A DNA stretch of 61,440 nt, filler included. It is 6 parts of 6 records of this genome, joined end to end, with 100 filler letters (N's around TTAATTAATTAA, not from the genome) between each part and the next. Parts side by side here need not be neighbours in the genome. Positions count along the whole stretch, not along the records: positions 5,366 to 25,502 come from SRR31156797_2648; positions 25,603 to 34,207 come from SRR31156797_2651; 4 more parts are not named here. One strand, given 5' to 3'. Positions 21,401 to 32,186 of this stretch are shown piece after piece. The notes beneath the pieces are model-generated. The model worked only from the letters and a program-made list of their open reading frames with translations. It was not told the DNA's origin and ran no database searches. The translations under genes were made by a program, and so were the position numbers. Numbering within the stretch: the stretch's first letter is position 1; each line of letters opens with the position of its first letter.

Positions 21401-22018
21401 ATGAAAGCAAAAACCTTAAATTACGTATTAGCTATTGTTGTATTGATATTAATTACAGCTAAGTATTGCCCTTATTTTGCAGGAGAAAATACTGCAACTA
21501 AAAGTACCTTAGAAATTATCCATCAACGAAAAAGTGTTCGAAATTACACCGACCAACAAGTAAGCAAAGAACAACTACAAACATTGGTTAAAGCTGGAAT
21601 GGCAGCTCCAACAGCAGTTAATAAACAGCCATGGGCATTTATAGCCATTAATGACAGAGAAATTCTTGATCAATTAGGCGACGTATTGCCGTATGCAAAA
21701 ATGCTAAAGCAAGCTACTGCAGCCATCGTGGTTTGTGGCGATTTAGATAAAACCTTACCAGGAGAAGGACAACAGTTTTGGATTCAGGACTGCTCGGCAG
21801 CTACAGAAAACGTACTGCTTGCTGCTGAAAGTATTGATTTAGGTGCTGTTTGGACAGCAGCTTATCCTAATTCAGAAAGAATACGTTCTGTAAAGGATAT
21901 TCTAAACTTACCCTCTAAAATTATTCCTTTAAATGTAATTGCCATTGGATATCCTTCTGGGAAAGATAAACCAAAGGACAAATGGAAACCGGAAAACTTG
22001 CATTGGCAAAAATGGTAA
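21401..22018 (+). CDS. Nitroreductase family protein with N-terminal hydrophobic/signal segment
   Basis: RKSVRNY, AAPTAVNKQPW, QDCSAATEN, LGAVW. Confidence 0.9.
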   Translation: MKAKTLNYVLAIVVLILITAKYCPYFAGENTATKSTLEIIHQRKSVRNYTDQQVSKEQLQTLVKAGMAAPTAVNKQPWAFIAINDREILDQLGDVLPYAKMLKQATAAIVVCGDLDKTLPGEGQQFWIQDCSAATENVLLAAESIDLGAVWTAAYPNSERIRSVKDILNLPSKIIPLNVIAIGYPSGKDKPKDKWKPENLHWQKW

Positions 22019-22449
22019 GTCATCACTAATATAAAATTCAAATAAAGCTGGCCATTTTTTCTCTATACCTAGCAGCATTTTTTTGTCAGCCTTAGTTTTA
22101 TTCTCTCCTTTCCAAGGATGTATCCTATATACCAATTGATACCACAAAACAAGACTCAATATCTTAATGTATTTAAAGAGTAGCACTAGATTAATGACCA
22201 AATAAGATGGAGATAAATTCACTTATTTGCATAAACAAATCTGCTTTCAATATTTCGTCATGAATTTACATATTTTAATTATTTTGATTTGTTATTTATA
22301 CATAATTATTACACCAACTGAAACACCTATTATTCCTACAGAATTAAGAACTATACATATTTCATTGATATTAATCATGTTAAATTTTACATGTCGTAAA
22401 TTTCATTCTTACTAAATTAGAATACATTATTAATTTAAATTTATTTAAA

Positions 22450-22800
22450 ATGAAAAAAACTCTTATTTTATTTAGTATTATGCTAATGTCATTAGCTCTT
22501 GTACCTGAAGTTAGTGCTCAATCTGTGGGAAATCCAATTAATGTTGGACAAGGTCGAGTAATACTACCTTTTCTCTCCTCCTACGGAGAACCATGTAGGA
22601 TTGAATATTGCTATTCGAACCAATTTTACGGATCATTTTCAAACCCTCACCCAAATGTTGAATACAATATGTACAATAATATAGCAATTATTAGTGTACT
22701 ACCCCCTAATTATACTTTTAAATTCAGAGTGGTGTGGAAAGTAGGTGCTTCATATGTATATTCAGCTTGGACACAAAATATTGTAATTACGCCTTGGTAG
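22450..22800 (+). CDS. Small secreted beta-rich protein (FN3-like pattern)
   Basis: Signal peptide ending VSA-Q; LPPNYTFKFRV...YSAW resembles FN3 C-terminal strands; hairpin and T-tract at about 22826-22859. Confidence 0.6.
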   Translation: MKKTLILFSIMLMSLALVPEVSAQSVGNPINVGQGRVILPFLSSYGEPCRIEYCYSNQFYGSFSNPHPNVEYNMYNNIAIISVLPPNYTFKFRVVWKVGASYVYSAWTQNIVITPW

Positions 22801-23151
22801 AACAAACAACAGTTATTATTACTTTAAGGCTGCTTAACTCTTCTAAGTAACCTTTTTTTATGAAATAAAGTTTAACCTTGGCTATTTCCATACACGAACA
22901 ATGTTGGTATAAATTATTTTTTGCAGTACTCCGCAATTTTGTATACAAATAATTTCAATTTGTATTTCATCTAGCTTCAGAACTACCTCTTTTGAAATAT
23001 GATTTGCAGAAAATGCAAATGAATACTCTTTCCAATACTTTTCTATTATTTTTTGCAATTTCTTCACTTAGCTCTTGCAATACTCCATTCTGATAAAGGG
23101 CATTCTAAGCCTAATTTTACATTAGTAATGTTGAACTAATGTGATGATAAA

Positions 23152-23790
23152 ATGATTATTCTGGCTTATTTTTTATTTAGGATGCTTTTAGGTGGCAACT
23201 CATTGGCTACCAATAGAGCAATTATTCACACTGCTTTTAGTTATACAGAATGGATTTGTGTGAAAGAAGATCGTGGTATTTCGTTACACGAAAGATGGAT
23301 TCAGGTAAATGACTCTCTGAAAGTAAGAGAGCGAAAAGGGGAATTTGTGGTAAACTGTAATATGGATGATGTTGCGCATTACCTAAAAGATTATAAAACG
23401 GTTGATAAGTGGATGAAAGGTGTTAAACAAGTAAAAACGGCTGATTCCAACGATAAAGACCTGGTGTACATGGTTATTCACCTGCCATGGCCATTTCCCA
23501 ACAGAGATTTTTTTGCCCGCTATTCTTCATTTCAAATGGATAGCAACCAAATGATTATTAAAGTAAATAGTGAAGAAAACAATAAAACAACCAGCAAAAA
23601 ACTGGTAAGAATTAAAGACTATCGGGCATCGTGGAAATTACAACGTATCAATCAACAAAAAACAAAGGTAACTTTTACTGTTTTTTCCAGCGAACCACCA
23701 CTTTTTCCACAATGGATGCAAGAACCTGTTATTAAAAAAGTATTTTTAAACAACCTCAAAAGATTACAATCTGCACTTAACAAGAACTAA
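23152..23790 (+). CDS. START/SRPBCC lipid-binding domain protein
   Basis: Motif LPWPFPNRDF and KTKVTF.....PP..PQW typical of bacterial START proteins. Confidence 0.78.
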   Translation: MIILAYFLFRMLLGGNSLATNRAIIHTAFSYTEWICVKEDRGISLHERWIQVNDSLKVRERKGEFVVNCNMDDVAHYLKDYKTVDKWMKGVKQVKTADSNDKDLVYMVIHLPWPFPNRDFFARYSSFQMDSNQMIIKVNSEENNKTTSKKLVRIKDYRASWKLQRINQQKTKVTFTVFSSEPPLFPQWMQEPVIKKVFLNNLKRLQSALNKN

Positions 23791-23809
23791 CCTTACTAAA
23801 AACAAAACC

Positions 23810-24619
23810 ATGAAAGGGAAATTAGCAATTATTACTGGCGCAACAAGTGGATTAGGATATACGTTTGCACAAACACTGGCTCGTCTTCACTGTAATTTAC
23901 TCATTACAGGGAGGCGGGTGAAGCGCCTGCAGCGAATAAAAGAGCATCTTGAAAAAAGTTACTCCATACAAGTAGATACAGTATGTGTTGATTTTAACGA
24001 TCAAAAGCAATTCAATCTCTTGCTATCGAAAATAGATAAACTTGAAACAATTGATATGCTCGTAAACAATGCAGGATACGGTAGTCGTAAAGACTTTTTT
24101 GAAGATAATTACGAGTCCCAGTCTCAAATGCTGAATGTATTGGTACAAGCATCTACTCAGCTAATCCATAATGTAGTACCTAAAATGAAGCAAAAAGGGC
24201 AAGGAACTATTATTAATGTTTCGTCACTATCAGCCTTTTTGCCTGCACCTTTAAATTTTATGTATTGCTCTGCTAAATCATTTATGGTTGAATTCTCAGA
24301 GTGCTTACATGTAGGATTGGCTGATACGGATATTAAAGTACAAGTACTTTGTCCTGGTTTTATCCGAACCGCCTTTCATTCCAGAATCGGACAGGAAGAA
24401 AACACAGGTTGGTTGCAGGAGAAATTACTTTGGATGAATCCGGAGGATGTGGTTAAATCGAGTTTAAATTCACTTAAAGATCGCAGAGTAATTTGTATTC
24501 CCGGCATAGTAAATCAACTTATTTACAGACTGGCTAAGCATTTACCCAAATCATTCTGCTACTGGTTAACCGCACAACAGGCCAGACATTACAACCATCC
24601 GGAAAAAATGGCTGCGTAG
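23810..24619 (+). CDS. Short-chain dehydrogenase/reductase
   Basis: TGATSGLG, NNAG, YCSAK, LCPG. Confidence 0.92.
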   Translation: MKGKLAIITGATSGLGYTFAQTLARLHCNLLITGRRVKRLQRIKEHLEKSYSIQVDTVCVDFNDQKQFNLLLSKIDKLETIDMLVNNAGYGSRKDFFEDNYESQSQMLNVLVQASTQLIHNVVPKMKQKGQGTIINVSSLSAFLPAPLNFMYCSAKSFMVEFSECLHVGLADTDIKVQVLCPGFIRTAFHSRIGQEENTGWLQEKLLWMNPEDVVKSSLNSLKDRRVICIPGIVNQLIYRLAKHLPKSFCYWLTAQQARHYNHPEKMAA

Positions 24620-24640
24620 GAACATTTTAAATTTTATAAA

Positions 24641-25444
24641 ATGAAAACCGATATAAAATATGCACTCGTAACTGGTGCCGGAAAAGGATTAGGCAAAGCT
24701 ATTGCTACAGAATTAGCTACAAAACACATAAACCTGTTGCTCCTTGCCAGAAAAGGTGAACATTTAAAAGTATTTAGCCAAGAGTTAAAATTCAGGTTTG
24801 CTATAGAGGTTGAATGCCTTGAAATAGACTTTTTGGAATCAAACGCTATATCGCAGATAGAAAACTTTATACGACACAAAGATGTATTTATGCTGATTAA
24901 TAATGCAGGAATTGGAGGCACTATGCTTTTTGAAAAAACAGGAGCTGATTTCATTGATGCTGTTATTCAGGTTAACGTGCGAATGCTGGCTATGATCACC
25001 CGAATGATGGTGAATAAATTATCGGAACATGCTCATTCATACATCTTAAATGTAGCCAGCATGGCTTCCTGTTGTCCAATTGCGTATAAAACAGTTTATC
25101 CAGCATCAAAAGCTTTTGTTTACTCATTTTCTAAAAGTCTGGCTTTAGAATTAAAACAAAGCGGCATTCATGTTTGTGTATTACTTCCCGGACCTATTAA
25201 AACAAATGCTGAAGTTTCTAAACGAATAGAAAAACAAGGTTGGTGGGTAAAAGCAGGATTACAAACTCCGGAAAAACTAGCCTCAATTGCAGTCAAGAGC
25301 CTTTTTAATCATACAGAAGTTGTTATTCCGGGAATAGTCAATAAGGTAAATTGGTTATTGCTCCGCCTATTACCCAAAACAATCTGTATCCCTATCATAT
25401 CCCGAACTATGAAAAATGAAATTCAATTACAACCTGCTTGCTAG
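24641..25444 (+). CDS. Short-chain dehydrogenase/reductase
   Basis: TGAGKGLG, NNAG, YPASK, LLPG. Confidence 0.92.
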   Translation: MKTDIKYALVTGAGKGLGKAIATELATKHINLLLLARKGEHLKVFSQELKFRFAIEVECLEIDFLESNAISQIENFIRHKDVFMLINNAGIGGTMLFEKTGADFIDAVIQVNVRMLAMITRMMVNKLSEHAHSYILNVASMASCCPIAYKTVYPASKAFVYSFSKSLALELKQSGIHVCVLLPGPIKTNAEVSKRIEKQGWWVKAGLQTPEKLASIAVKSLFNHTEVVIPGIVNKVNWLLLRLLPKTICIPIISRTMKNEIQLQPAC

Positions 25445-25502
25445 TTTATTAGTGAATTCGCTTTTAAGAAATAATTGCCCTCACTCACCTCTAAATCTCC
25501 TA

Positions 25503-25602
25503 NNNNNNNNNNNNNNNNNNNNNNNNNNNNNNNNNNNNNNNNNNNNTTAATTAATTAANNNNNNNNNNNNNNNNNNNNNNNNNNNNNNNNNNNNNNNNNN
25601 NN
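25503..25602. other. Artificial contig spacer 2
   Basis: N-run with central TTAATTAATTAA. Confidence 0.97.
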
Positions 25603-25902
25603 CATTGCTAAAAATCCACTTTTTGCATAAGGAAGAGTTCTTAGGATTCCAGTAAGCATAGGTTCCCCTGCTCGTAAAATCGGCACTAAAACCAATTTTT
25701 GTACCTCTATCACTTCTACATCTAAAGGTCCTTGCCATGTATTTATTTTTTGTGTGATCGTAGGAAAATCACTTAATGCTTCTGATGCAATTATTCTTGC
25801 TAACTCTTCAATAGTTAGTCTAAACTCATATGATGTTGTTTGTACATCTCTTAATCTGTTGATAAGATGTTTTACTACAATATTTGAACTCTCTTTATAC
25901 AT
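25603..25902 (-). CDS. upp: Uracil phosphoribosyltransferase (3' truncated)
   Basis: VPILRAG motif, LRD..T...FR; divergent from a uracil permease. Confidence 0.9.
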
Positions 25903-26001
25903 ATACTCATCCTCAAATTTTTTTGATCTATTGTAACATACTTTAACAGAGTATTTAAATAAAAAAAGCTATGATAATTTCACTTTATAAAAGGAATCAC
26001 C

Positions 26002-27246
26002 ATGGAAAAAACCGATTATAGATTTAGAGTAAAAGACTCGATAATAGGTTTACAATTTTTATTTGTAGCCTTTGGTGCTTTGGTTCTTGTCCCTATCCTT
26101 ACAGGACTTGATCCAAGTGTAGCTCTTTTTACTGCTGGTATTGGAACATTGGCTTTTCAATTTATTAATAAAAAAGCAGTCCCTCCTATCTTTTTAGCAT
26201 CTTCGTTTGCTTTTATCGCTCCGATATCTTATGGAGTACAACAATGGGGAATCGCAGCAACGATGTCTGGACTAGTTGCAGCAGGTCTATTTTATGTAGT
26301 ACTTAGTTTTATCATCCGATATAAAGGGAGTGATATTATCCATAAGTATCTCCCAGCAGTTGTAGTTGGACCAGTGATTATGTCTATTGGTTTGATCCTT
26401 GCTCCAGTTGCAGTCAATATGGCTATGGGGAAAACAGGAGATGGTGCAGTTCAGCTTGTTCCACTTGATCAAGCTCTTGTGATCTCAATGGTTGCTTTAG
26501 CAGTAACAGTACTTGCTTCACTTGTAGGAAAAGGGATCTTTAGACTGATCCCTATTTTATTTGGTATTGCTATAGGATATTTTATCGCTTTGATGTATGG
26601 AGTTGTTGATTTTTCAGCTATTGATAAAGCTGCTTGGATAGCAATGCCAAACTTTACAGCACCAGAGTTTCACTGGGGTGCTATAATTTTTATCTTACCA
26701 ATTGCTATAGCTCCAGCCATTGAACATATAGGAGATATGTTAGCTATCTCAAATGTAACAAAAAAAGACTATCTAAAAAAGCCAGGTCTGAAAAACACCC
26801 TTTTAGGTGATGGTATCGCTACATCCTTAGCTTCATTTTTTGGCGGACCTCCAAATACAACATATTCAGAAGTAACAGGAGCTGTTTCTATTACCAAAGC
26901 TTTTAATCCTGCCATTATGACATGGGCAGCAATCTTTGCTATTGCTTTAGCATTTATTGGAAAGCTTGGAGCTTTTCTTTCAACCATTCCAGTTCCAGTT
27001 ATGGGTGGAATCTTACTTTTACTTTTTGGAATCATCGCTTCAGTTGGGATGGGAACTCTTGTAAGAGAAAAAGTTGATCTAAGCTGTACTAGAAATATGA
27101 TCATTATCTCTATGATCTTAGTCTTTGCAATTGGTGGTATGACTTTTAACTTTGGTTCCGTTTCTTTTTCTGGAATCGGTCTTGGTGCTATTTTAGGAAT
27201 CCTTTTAAATCTTATCCTTCCAAAACCTCAAGAAGAGAAAAGTTGA
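26002..27246 (+). CDS. uraA: Uracil/xanthine permease (NCS2 family)
   Basis: GLQFLFVAFGALVLVP, LASSFAFI, EHIGD, GPPNTTYSE. Confidence 0.92.
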   Translation: MEKTDYRFRVKDSIIGLQFLFVAFGALVLVPILTGLDPSVALFTAGIGTLAFQFINKKAVPPIFLASSFAFIAPISYGVQQWGIAATMSGLVAAGLFYVVLSFIIRYKGSDIIHKYLPAVVVGPVIMSIGLILAPVAVNMAMGKTGDGAVQLVPLDQALVISMVALAVTVLASLVGKGIFRLIPILFGIAIGYFIALMYGVVDFSAIDKAAWIAMPNFTAPEFHWGAIIFILPIAIAPAIEHIGDMLAISNVTKKDYLKKPGLKNTLLGDGIATSLASFFGGPPNTTYSEVTGAVSITKAFNPAIMTWAAIFAIALAFIGKLGAFLSTIPVPVMGGILLLLFGIIASVGMGTLVREKVDLSCTRNMIIISMILVFAIGGMTFNFGSVSFSGIGLGAILGILLNLILPKPQEEKS

Positions 27247-27728
27247 AAAAATATATTATAAAGATAGTTAAATTCATAGTAATCTTAACTATCCTTTTAA
27301 ATATTGTAAGCTTTTATAAATCAAGAGACCTTAATAAAGAGAACCTTACTCTTTCAACATTAGAGCTTTTGGATAACACAAAATATACAATAAATAATGA
27401 AAAACCGATCCTTATCTACTTTTGGGCAACATGGTGTCCTATATGTAAAATAGAATCTACGCATATACAAACTCTCTCAGAATATTTCGAAATACTTACT
27501 ATTGCAGTTGATTCAGGATCAAATGAAGAGATACAAGCTTATTTAGATATACATCAACTAAACTTTAAAGTTTATAATGACCGAAATAGAGGGATAAGTG
27601 AACAATTTAATATAAAAGGCTATCCAACTATACTGGTGTATGATAAAGATAAAGAACTTATCTCAACTGATATAGGATATACATCTACTATCTCACTTTA
27701 TCTTAAACTTTTATGGAGTAAACTCTAA
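27243..27728 (+). CDS. Membrane-anchored thioredoxin-like (TlpA/redoxin) protein
   Basis: FWATWCPIC CxxC motif and YPT cis-Pro loop; TTG start overlapping uraA. Confidence 0.85.
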   Translation: MKKYIIKIVKFIVILTILLNIVSFYKSRDLNKENLTLSTLELLDNTKYTINNEKPILIYFWATWCPICKIESTHIQTLSEYFEILTIAVDSGSNEEIQAYLDIHQLNFKVYNDRNRGISEQFNIKGYPTILVYDKDKELISTDIGYTSTISLYLKLLWSKL

Positions 27729-27876
27729 AGTTTTTTATATTTTAATTATAATTTAAATATTTTTTGAGACTTTATAACAATAACTTATAATTTACTATTT
27801 AATTTTAATTAGATAGAATCACTAAAGTAATTTAAAAGATATATATAATCTTTACTATCTAATACAGGAGAATTGT

Positions 27877-29622
27877 ATGCTAATGGATTTAGAAAAAAAA
27901 GAAGAGCTAAAAGAGTTTAGTCAAAACCTAAAAATCCTTTATGTTGAAGATAATGAAGATATAAGAGAGATCACTTTTAATTTATTAAAAGAGTTTTCAA
28001 CTCATATTACTACTGCAAATGATGGACTTGATGGTCTTGAAAAATACAAACAAGATAGCTTTGATTTAATCATTACAGATATAAATATGCCTAAAATCAA
28101 TGGTATTGATATGATATCAAAAATTAGAGAAGAGAATGATGATATTGCTATCCTTGTTGTCTCTGCTCACAGTGAATCGAAATACTTAATGGAAACCATC
28201 CCTTTAGGGGTAGAGGGATATATTTTAAAACCAATTGAGATAAAGCCATTTTTTACAATCATTTTTAAAGCAATAGAAAAAATCAAGATGAAAAAAACTA
28301 TTGAGAAATATCATCAATATTTAGAACAATCTAATATCTCTTTAAATGAAAACCTTAAAGAGAAAACTCAATTATTAAAAAAACTTGTCTATAAAGATCA
28401 TTTAACTGGACTTCCAAATAGATTTGCACTAGAAAAAGATATCGCTGCCAATGAAAATGAATTTATTATAATATACTTAGTTGATATTAATAACTTTAGA
28501 AAACTTAATGAGATGTATGGATTTGAAAAAGGGAATGAAATCTTGATGGAACTTTCCAAAAAGATCCAACAAACTATTATAGAGAAAAACTCACTGACAC
28601 TTTATAAAACCTCTGCTGATGAGTTTGCAATAGTTCAATCTCTTGATGAATATAATTTACAAGAAGTAGATAAGATTTTAGCATTTATTTTAAATAATAT
28701 TGAAAATCAAAAGTTAACTATACAAGAGGATGATATCATTATCAATATTACTCTTGGTATTGCTATAGATAAGAAAAATGTTTTAACAAAAGCTTTATCT
28801 GCTCTAGACCTTGCAAAACTACAAAATAAAAAATATCTTCTTTATAATGATGATGAAAAGTTTCAAGGGGAATTAGAAAAACTGTTTTATTGGCAAAAGG
28901 AGATCAAAGAAGCTTTAGATAGTGATAATATTATCCCTTTTTTCCAACCAATCTATAACCAAAACAAAGAGCTTGTAAAATATGAAGTATTGATGAGGAT
29001 GAAAAAGATAGAAGAGAATGAAACCAAATTTATCTCTCCATTTTTCTTCCTTGATATTTCCGTAAAAACAAAACAATATGATAAACTCTCTGAGACTATT
29101 ATACAAAAGGCGCTAAGTGTCGCAAAAGAGAATAAAGATAAATGTTTCTCTATCAACCTAGGATATAGAGATATGTCTAACCAAACAGTCAAAGAGATGA
29201 TAAAAGCTTATGTAAAAGATTCTATTCAAAACAATACCCCATGTAACTTAGTCTTTGAGATCGTAGAGAGTGAAGATATCTCAGATTATAAAGTGATCAA
29301 AAGTTTTTTTGAAGATTTTACCTGTCAAGAGCTCAAGATCGCTATAGATGATTTTGGAAGTGGATATTCTAACTTTTCTCATATTTTAGAGCTTATGCCT
29401 GAATATATCAAAATCGATGGAAGTCTTATCAAAGATATTGATAAAAATAAAAATATGTTCACATTAACCCAAGCGATTATCAGCTTTGCTAAAAAATTAG
29501 ATATTAAAATAATCGCTGAGTTTGTTCATAGTCATGAAATATTTGAGATGTTAAAAGCTGAAGATGTGGATGAATTTCAAGGGTTTTATTTAGCAGAACC
29601 AGCAGAGACACTTAAAGTCTGA
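27877..29622 (+). CDS. REC-GGDEF(degenerate)-EAL c-di-GMP phosphodiesterase response regulator
   Basis: YVEDN..DINMP receiver; SADEF in place of GGDEF; EVLMR and IDDFGSGYSNF. Confidence 0.9.
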   Translation: MLMDLEKKEELKEFSQNLKILYVEDNEDIREITFNLLKEFSTHITTANDGLDGLEKYKQDSFDLIITDINMPKINGIDMISKIREENDDIAILVVSAHSESKYLMETIPLGVEGYILKPIEIKPFFTIIFKAIEKIKMKKTIEKYHQYLEQSNISLNENLKEKTQLLKKLVYKDHLTGLPNRFALEKDIAANENEFIIIYLVDINNFRKLNEMYGFEKGNEILMELSKKIQQTIIEKNSLTLYKTSADEFAIVQSLDEYNLQEVDKILAFILNNIENQKLTIQEDDIIINITLGIAIDKKNVLTKALSALDLAKLQNKKYLLYNDDEKFQGELEKLFYWQKEIKEALDSDNIIPFFQPIYNQNKELVKYEVLMRMKKIEENETKFISPFFFLDISVKTKQYDKLSETIIQKALSVAKENKDKCFSINLGYRDMSNQTVKEMIKAYVKDSIQNNTPCNLVFEIVESEDISDYKVIKSFFEDFTCQELKIAIDDFGSGYSNFSHILELMPEYIKIDGSLIKDIDKNKNMFTLTQAIISFAKKLDIKIIAEFVHSHEIFEMLKAEDVDEFQGFYLAEPAETLKV

Positions 29623-29921
29623 AATCTTTGATCCATAAAACTTTGTAGCTCAAAAAACTCTTTTGAATACTCAGTTTTTAGAATCCGATCTTGTGTGACA
29701 TATTTAAGATAGACTTTATGGATATTGTTACTTTGCTCTATTCTTCCACGTTTATAAAGCTCCATCGATACAGCCCCATTAATAAAACCTTTTAAAACCA
29801 AACAAAGATCATCTTTTGTTTTTCTCATAGGAAACCAAATCTCTTCTAAGACTTCATGAGCTTCATAAAATCTTTGCTCCATAATACAGTTTTTAAAACT
29901 TTTTACTTTTTCGTGTAACAT
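29586..29921 (-). CDS. DUF309 family protein
   Basis: FYEAHEVLEEIW motif; 3' end overlaps the EAL gene. Confidence 0.75.
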   Translation of the reverse strand: MLHEKVKSFKNCIMEQRFYEAHEVLEEIWFPMRKTKDDLCLVLKGFINGAVSMELYKRGRIEQSNNIHKVYLKYVTQDRILKTEYSKEFFELQSFMDQRFQTLSVSAGSAK

Positions 29922-29974
29922 ACTACTTTCTTATAATAATGATGAATTAATAGATATTTGGATACGATTTTCCA

Positions 29975-30577
29975 ATGAAATATTTTATTGTTTTTTCCCT
30001 TTTATTTAGCTCTTTATTGGCAAAAGATTGTTATAAAAATAAACTATGGAATGAAACTATTTGCTACTACAAGTACTTTGATCGAAAAAATATCTACAAT
30101 GCAAAAGATGATGAAGTATACTACCAAACCCAAAATGGGAGTATCTACGCTATTAGTGATAAAATAGAGATTAAATTTCACGCAATAGGTGCAATATTAA
30201 CAGTCCTTGATAATTTTGAAGTTGACTTTAGCAATAATAACGACGATATAAATATGGGTGATTTTACAATTGGATTTAATGAGTATGATCTTGAATTTTT
30301 TGATAAAACAAGAACGGATAAGTTTATTTTTCGTGTAAAAAAGCCTAAAGCGATGTTTATAATTTTACGAAAACTCAATGAACTGGAAAATGTAAAAAGT
30401 GCTGAGCCAATCATTACTCGAAAATATACAAATACTGAAGTAAGAAGAAGAGTAGAAGCAGCAAAAGCAAGAAGAGAAAGTGCTTCAGGCAGTTCTGGAG
30501 CAAAAGGTTCAGGAAAAGGTGGAGCAGCAAAACAAAGTTTCCAAGGTGGAAACTTTCTTAAAGGTGGTGTAAAATGA
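29975..30577 (+). CDS. Secreted hypothetical protein with Gly/Ser/Lys-rich tail
   Basis: Signal peptide; low-complexity C-terminus; ATGA-coupled to aguA. Confidence 0.7.
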   Translation: MKYFIVFSLLFSSLLAKDCYKNKLWNETICYYKYFDRKNIYNAKDDEVYYQTQNGSIYAISDKIEIKFHAIGAILTVLDNFEVDFSNNNDDINMGDFTIGFNEYDLEFFDKTRTDKFIFRVKKPKAMFIILRKLNELENVKSAEPIITRKYTNTEVRRRVEAAKARRESASGSSGAKGSGKGGAAKQSFQGGNFLKGGVK

Positions 30578-31569
30578 TCAGATTCCCTGCTGAATGGGAA
30601 GAACAAGAATTTGTTCAATTGGTGTTTCCTCATAAGGATACAGATTGGGATGAGTATTTAGAAGAGGCGATAGATACTTTTGTAACCATTGCAAAAACTA
30701 TTGCAAAATATCAAAAAGTACTTATCGTATGTAAAAACTTAGAATATATCAAATCTAAATTTACCACGAAAAAAAATATCACTTTTATAGTTCTTGATAG
30801 TAATGATACATGGTCTAGAGATTTTGGTGGAATTACAATACAAGATGATGGGTTTAAAATACTTGATTTTACTTTTAATGCTTGGGGGAAAAAGTTTCCT
30901 TATGATAAAGATAATGGGATCACTAAAAAACTCAAGCTAAAAGGGGCCTTTAAAGGGTATAATCATCAAACGATCCCTTTTGTATTAGAAGGTGGAGCTA
31001 TAGAGAGTAATGGGGAAGGTGTACTGCTTACTACATCTCAATGTCTGTTAGAAGAAAATCGAAATCCAAGACTTACAAAATCTGGAATTGAGAAAAAACT
31101 GATCCAGTTTTTTGGACTCAAAAAAGTACTTTGGCTAAACCATGGATATTTAGCTGGAGATGATACAGATTCCCATATTGATACTTTAGCTCGTTTTGTT
31201 TCCAATGATACGATTATGTATCAAACTTGTGATGATGAAAATGATGAGCATTTTAGTGAACTCAAAAAAATGGAAGAGGAGCTTAAAAAACTCAAACAGC
31301 CAAATGGAAAAACTTTTAAACTGATTCCTCTTCCTTGGATTGCTCCAAAATATTATGATGATGAAAGGCTCCCTGCAACCTATGCTAACTTTTTAATTAT
31401 CAATAATGCAGTGCTTGTTCCAATATATAATGATGAAAATGATCAAAAAGCCTTAGAAGTGTTTAAAAAAGTATTTAAAAATAGAGAAGTTATAGGGATA
31501 GATTGTTCTGTTCTTATTAGACAACATGGGAGTTTACATTGTATCTCAATGCAATATCCCAAGATCTAA
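30574..31569 (+). CDS. aguA: Agmatine deiminase family protein
   Basis: PAEWE, DTWSRDFG, LEGGAIE, DDTDSHID, GSLHC catalytic Cys. Confidence 0.9.
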   Translation: MIRFPAEWEEQEFVQLVFPHKDTDWDEYLEEAIDTFVTIAKTIAKYQKVLIVCKNLEYIKSKFTTKKNITFIVLDSNDTWSRDFGGITIQDDGFKILDFTFNAWGKKFPYDKDNGITKKLKLKGAFKGYNHQTIPFVLEGGAIESNGEGVLLTTSQCLLEENRNPRLTKSGIEKKLIQFFGLKKVLWLNHGYLAGDDTDSHIDTLARFVSNDTIMYQTCDDENDEHFSELKKMEEELKKLKQPNGKTFKLIPLPWIAPKYYDDERLPATYANFLIINNAVLVPIYNDENDQKALEVFKKVFKNREVIGIDCSVLIRQHGSLHCISMQYPKI

Positions 31570-31578
31570 ACAAAGATA

Positions 31579-32004
31579 TTAGTAACTTAATATCTTTGTA
31601 TCTTCATCAATAAGTTTTTTTGCAACCATTGGTGGCTTTGCGATACCAACACCTGAAATTAGATCAGCTTTTGTTTTTCCAGTATTTGGTAAATATGGAG
31701 GACAAAGCTCAACCATTGCACCACCTTTAATAAGATTATTTAAAAGCATCTGTGGAGACATCCCTTTTGGTTTAAATGTAACCTCTTTAGAACCTTTTAT
31801 TACAAGATCACCTGCTTTTCCACAAAATAGTACTTCTACATTTGCCCCTTGTTTTTTTGCTTGCGTTGCTAAAACCATAGACATCAATTGTGTCATACTA
31901 TCTTCTGTAGTTACTACTACCATAAGATTTTTTTCACTTGCAAGTGCTGCCATTGGAGATAATAGTCCTAAGACCATTAATGTTTTAATAAAAAGATTCT
32001 TCAT
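31579..32004 (-). CDS. Periplasmic DsrE/DsrF-like protein
   Basis: Signal peptide; FCGKAGDL and VELC motifs of DsrE-like sulfur-relay proteins. Confidence 0.65.
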   Translation of the reverse strand: MKNLFIKTLMVLGLLSPMAALASEKNLMVVVTTEDSMTQLMSMVLATQAKKQGANVEVLFCGKAGDLVIKGSKEVTFKPKGMSPQMLLNNLIKGGAMVELCPPYLPNTGKTKADLISGVGIAKPPMVAKKLIDEDTKILSY

Positions 32005-32186
32005 CTTCTTCCTTTCAATTTTAAATTTCTCGAAAATTATATGAGGAATAATTTATAGAAATATTAAAGTTTTAGATTATATTTTTAATTATACAAGTTT
32101 ATAATAATCATAAAACAGAGTAATTATAATTATAAGTTATAGTGTATTATAAAGAAAAGAATGATGATCAAATAATCTATAAAAGA

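Noticed and set aside
27877-29622. Degenerate GGDEF (SADEF) as a novelty
   Set aside because: Degenerate GGDEF domains fused to an intact EAL are common; ordinary phosphodiesterase
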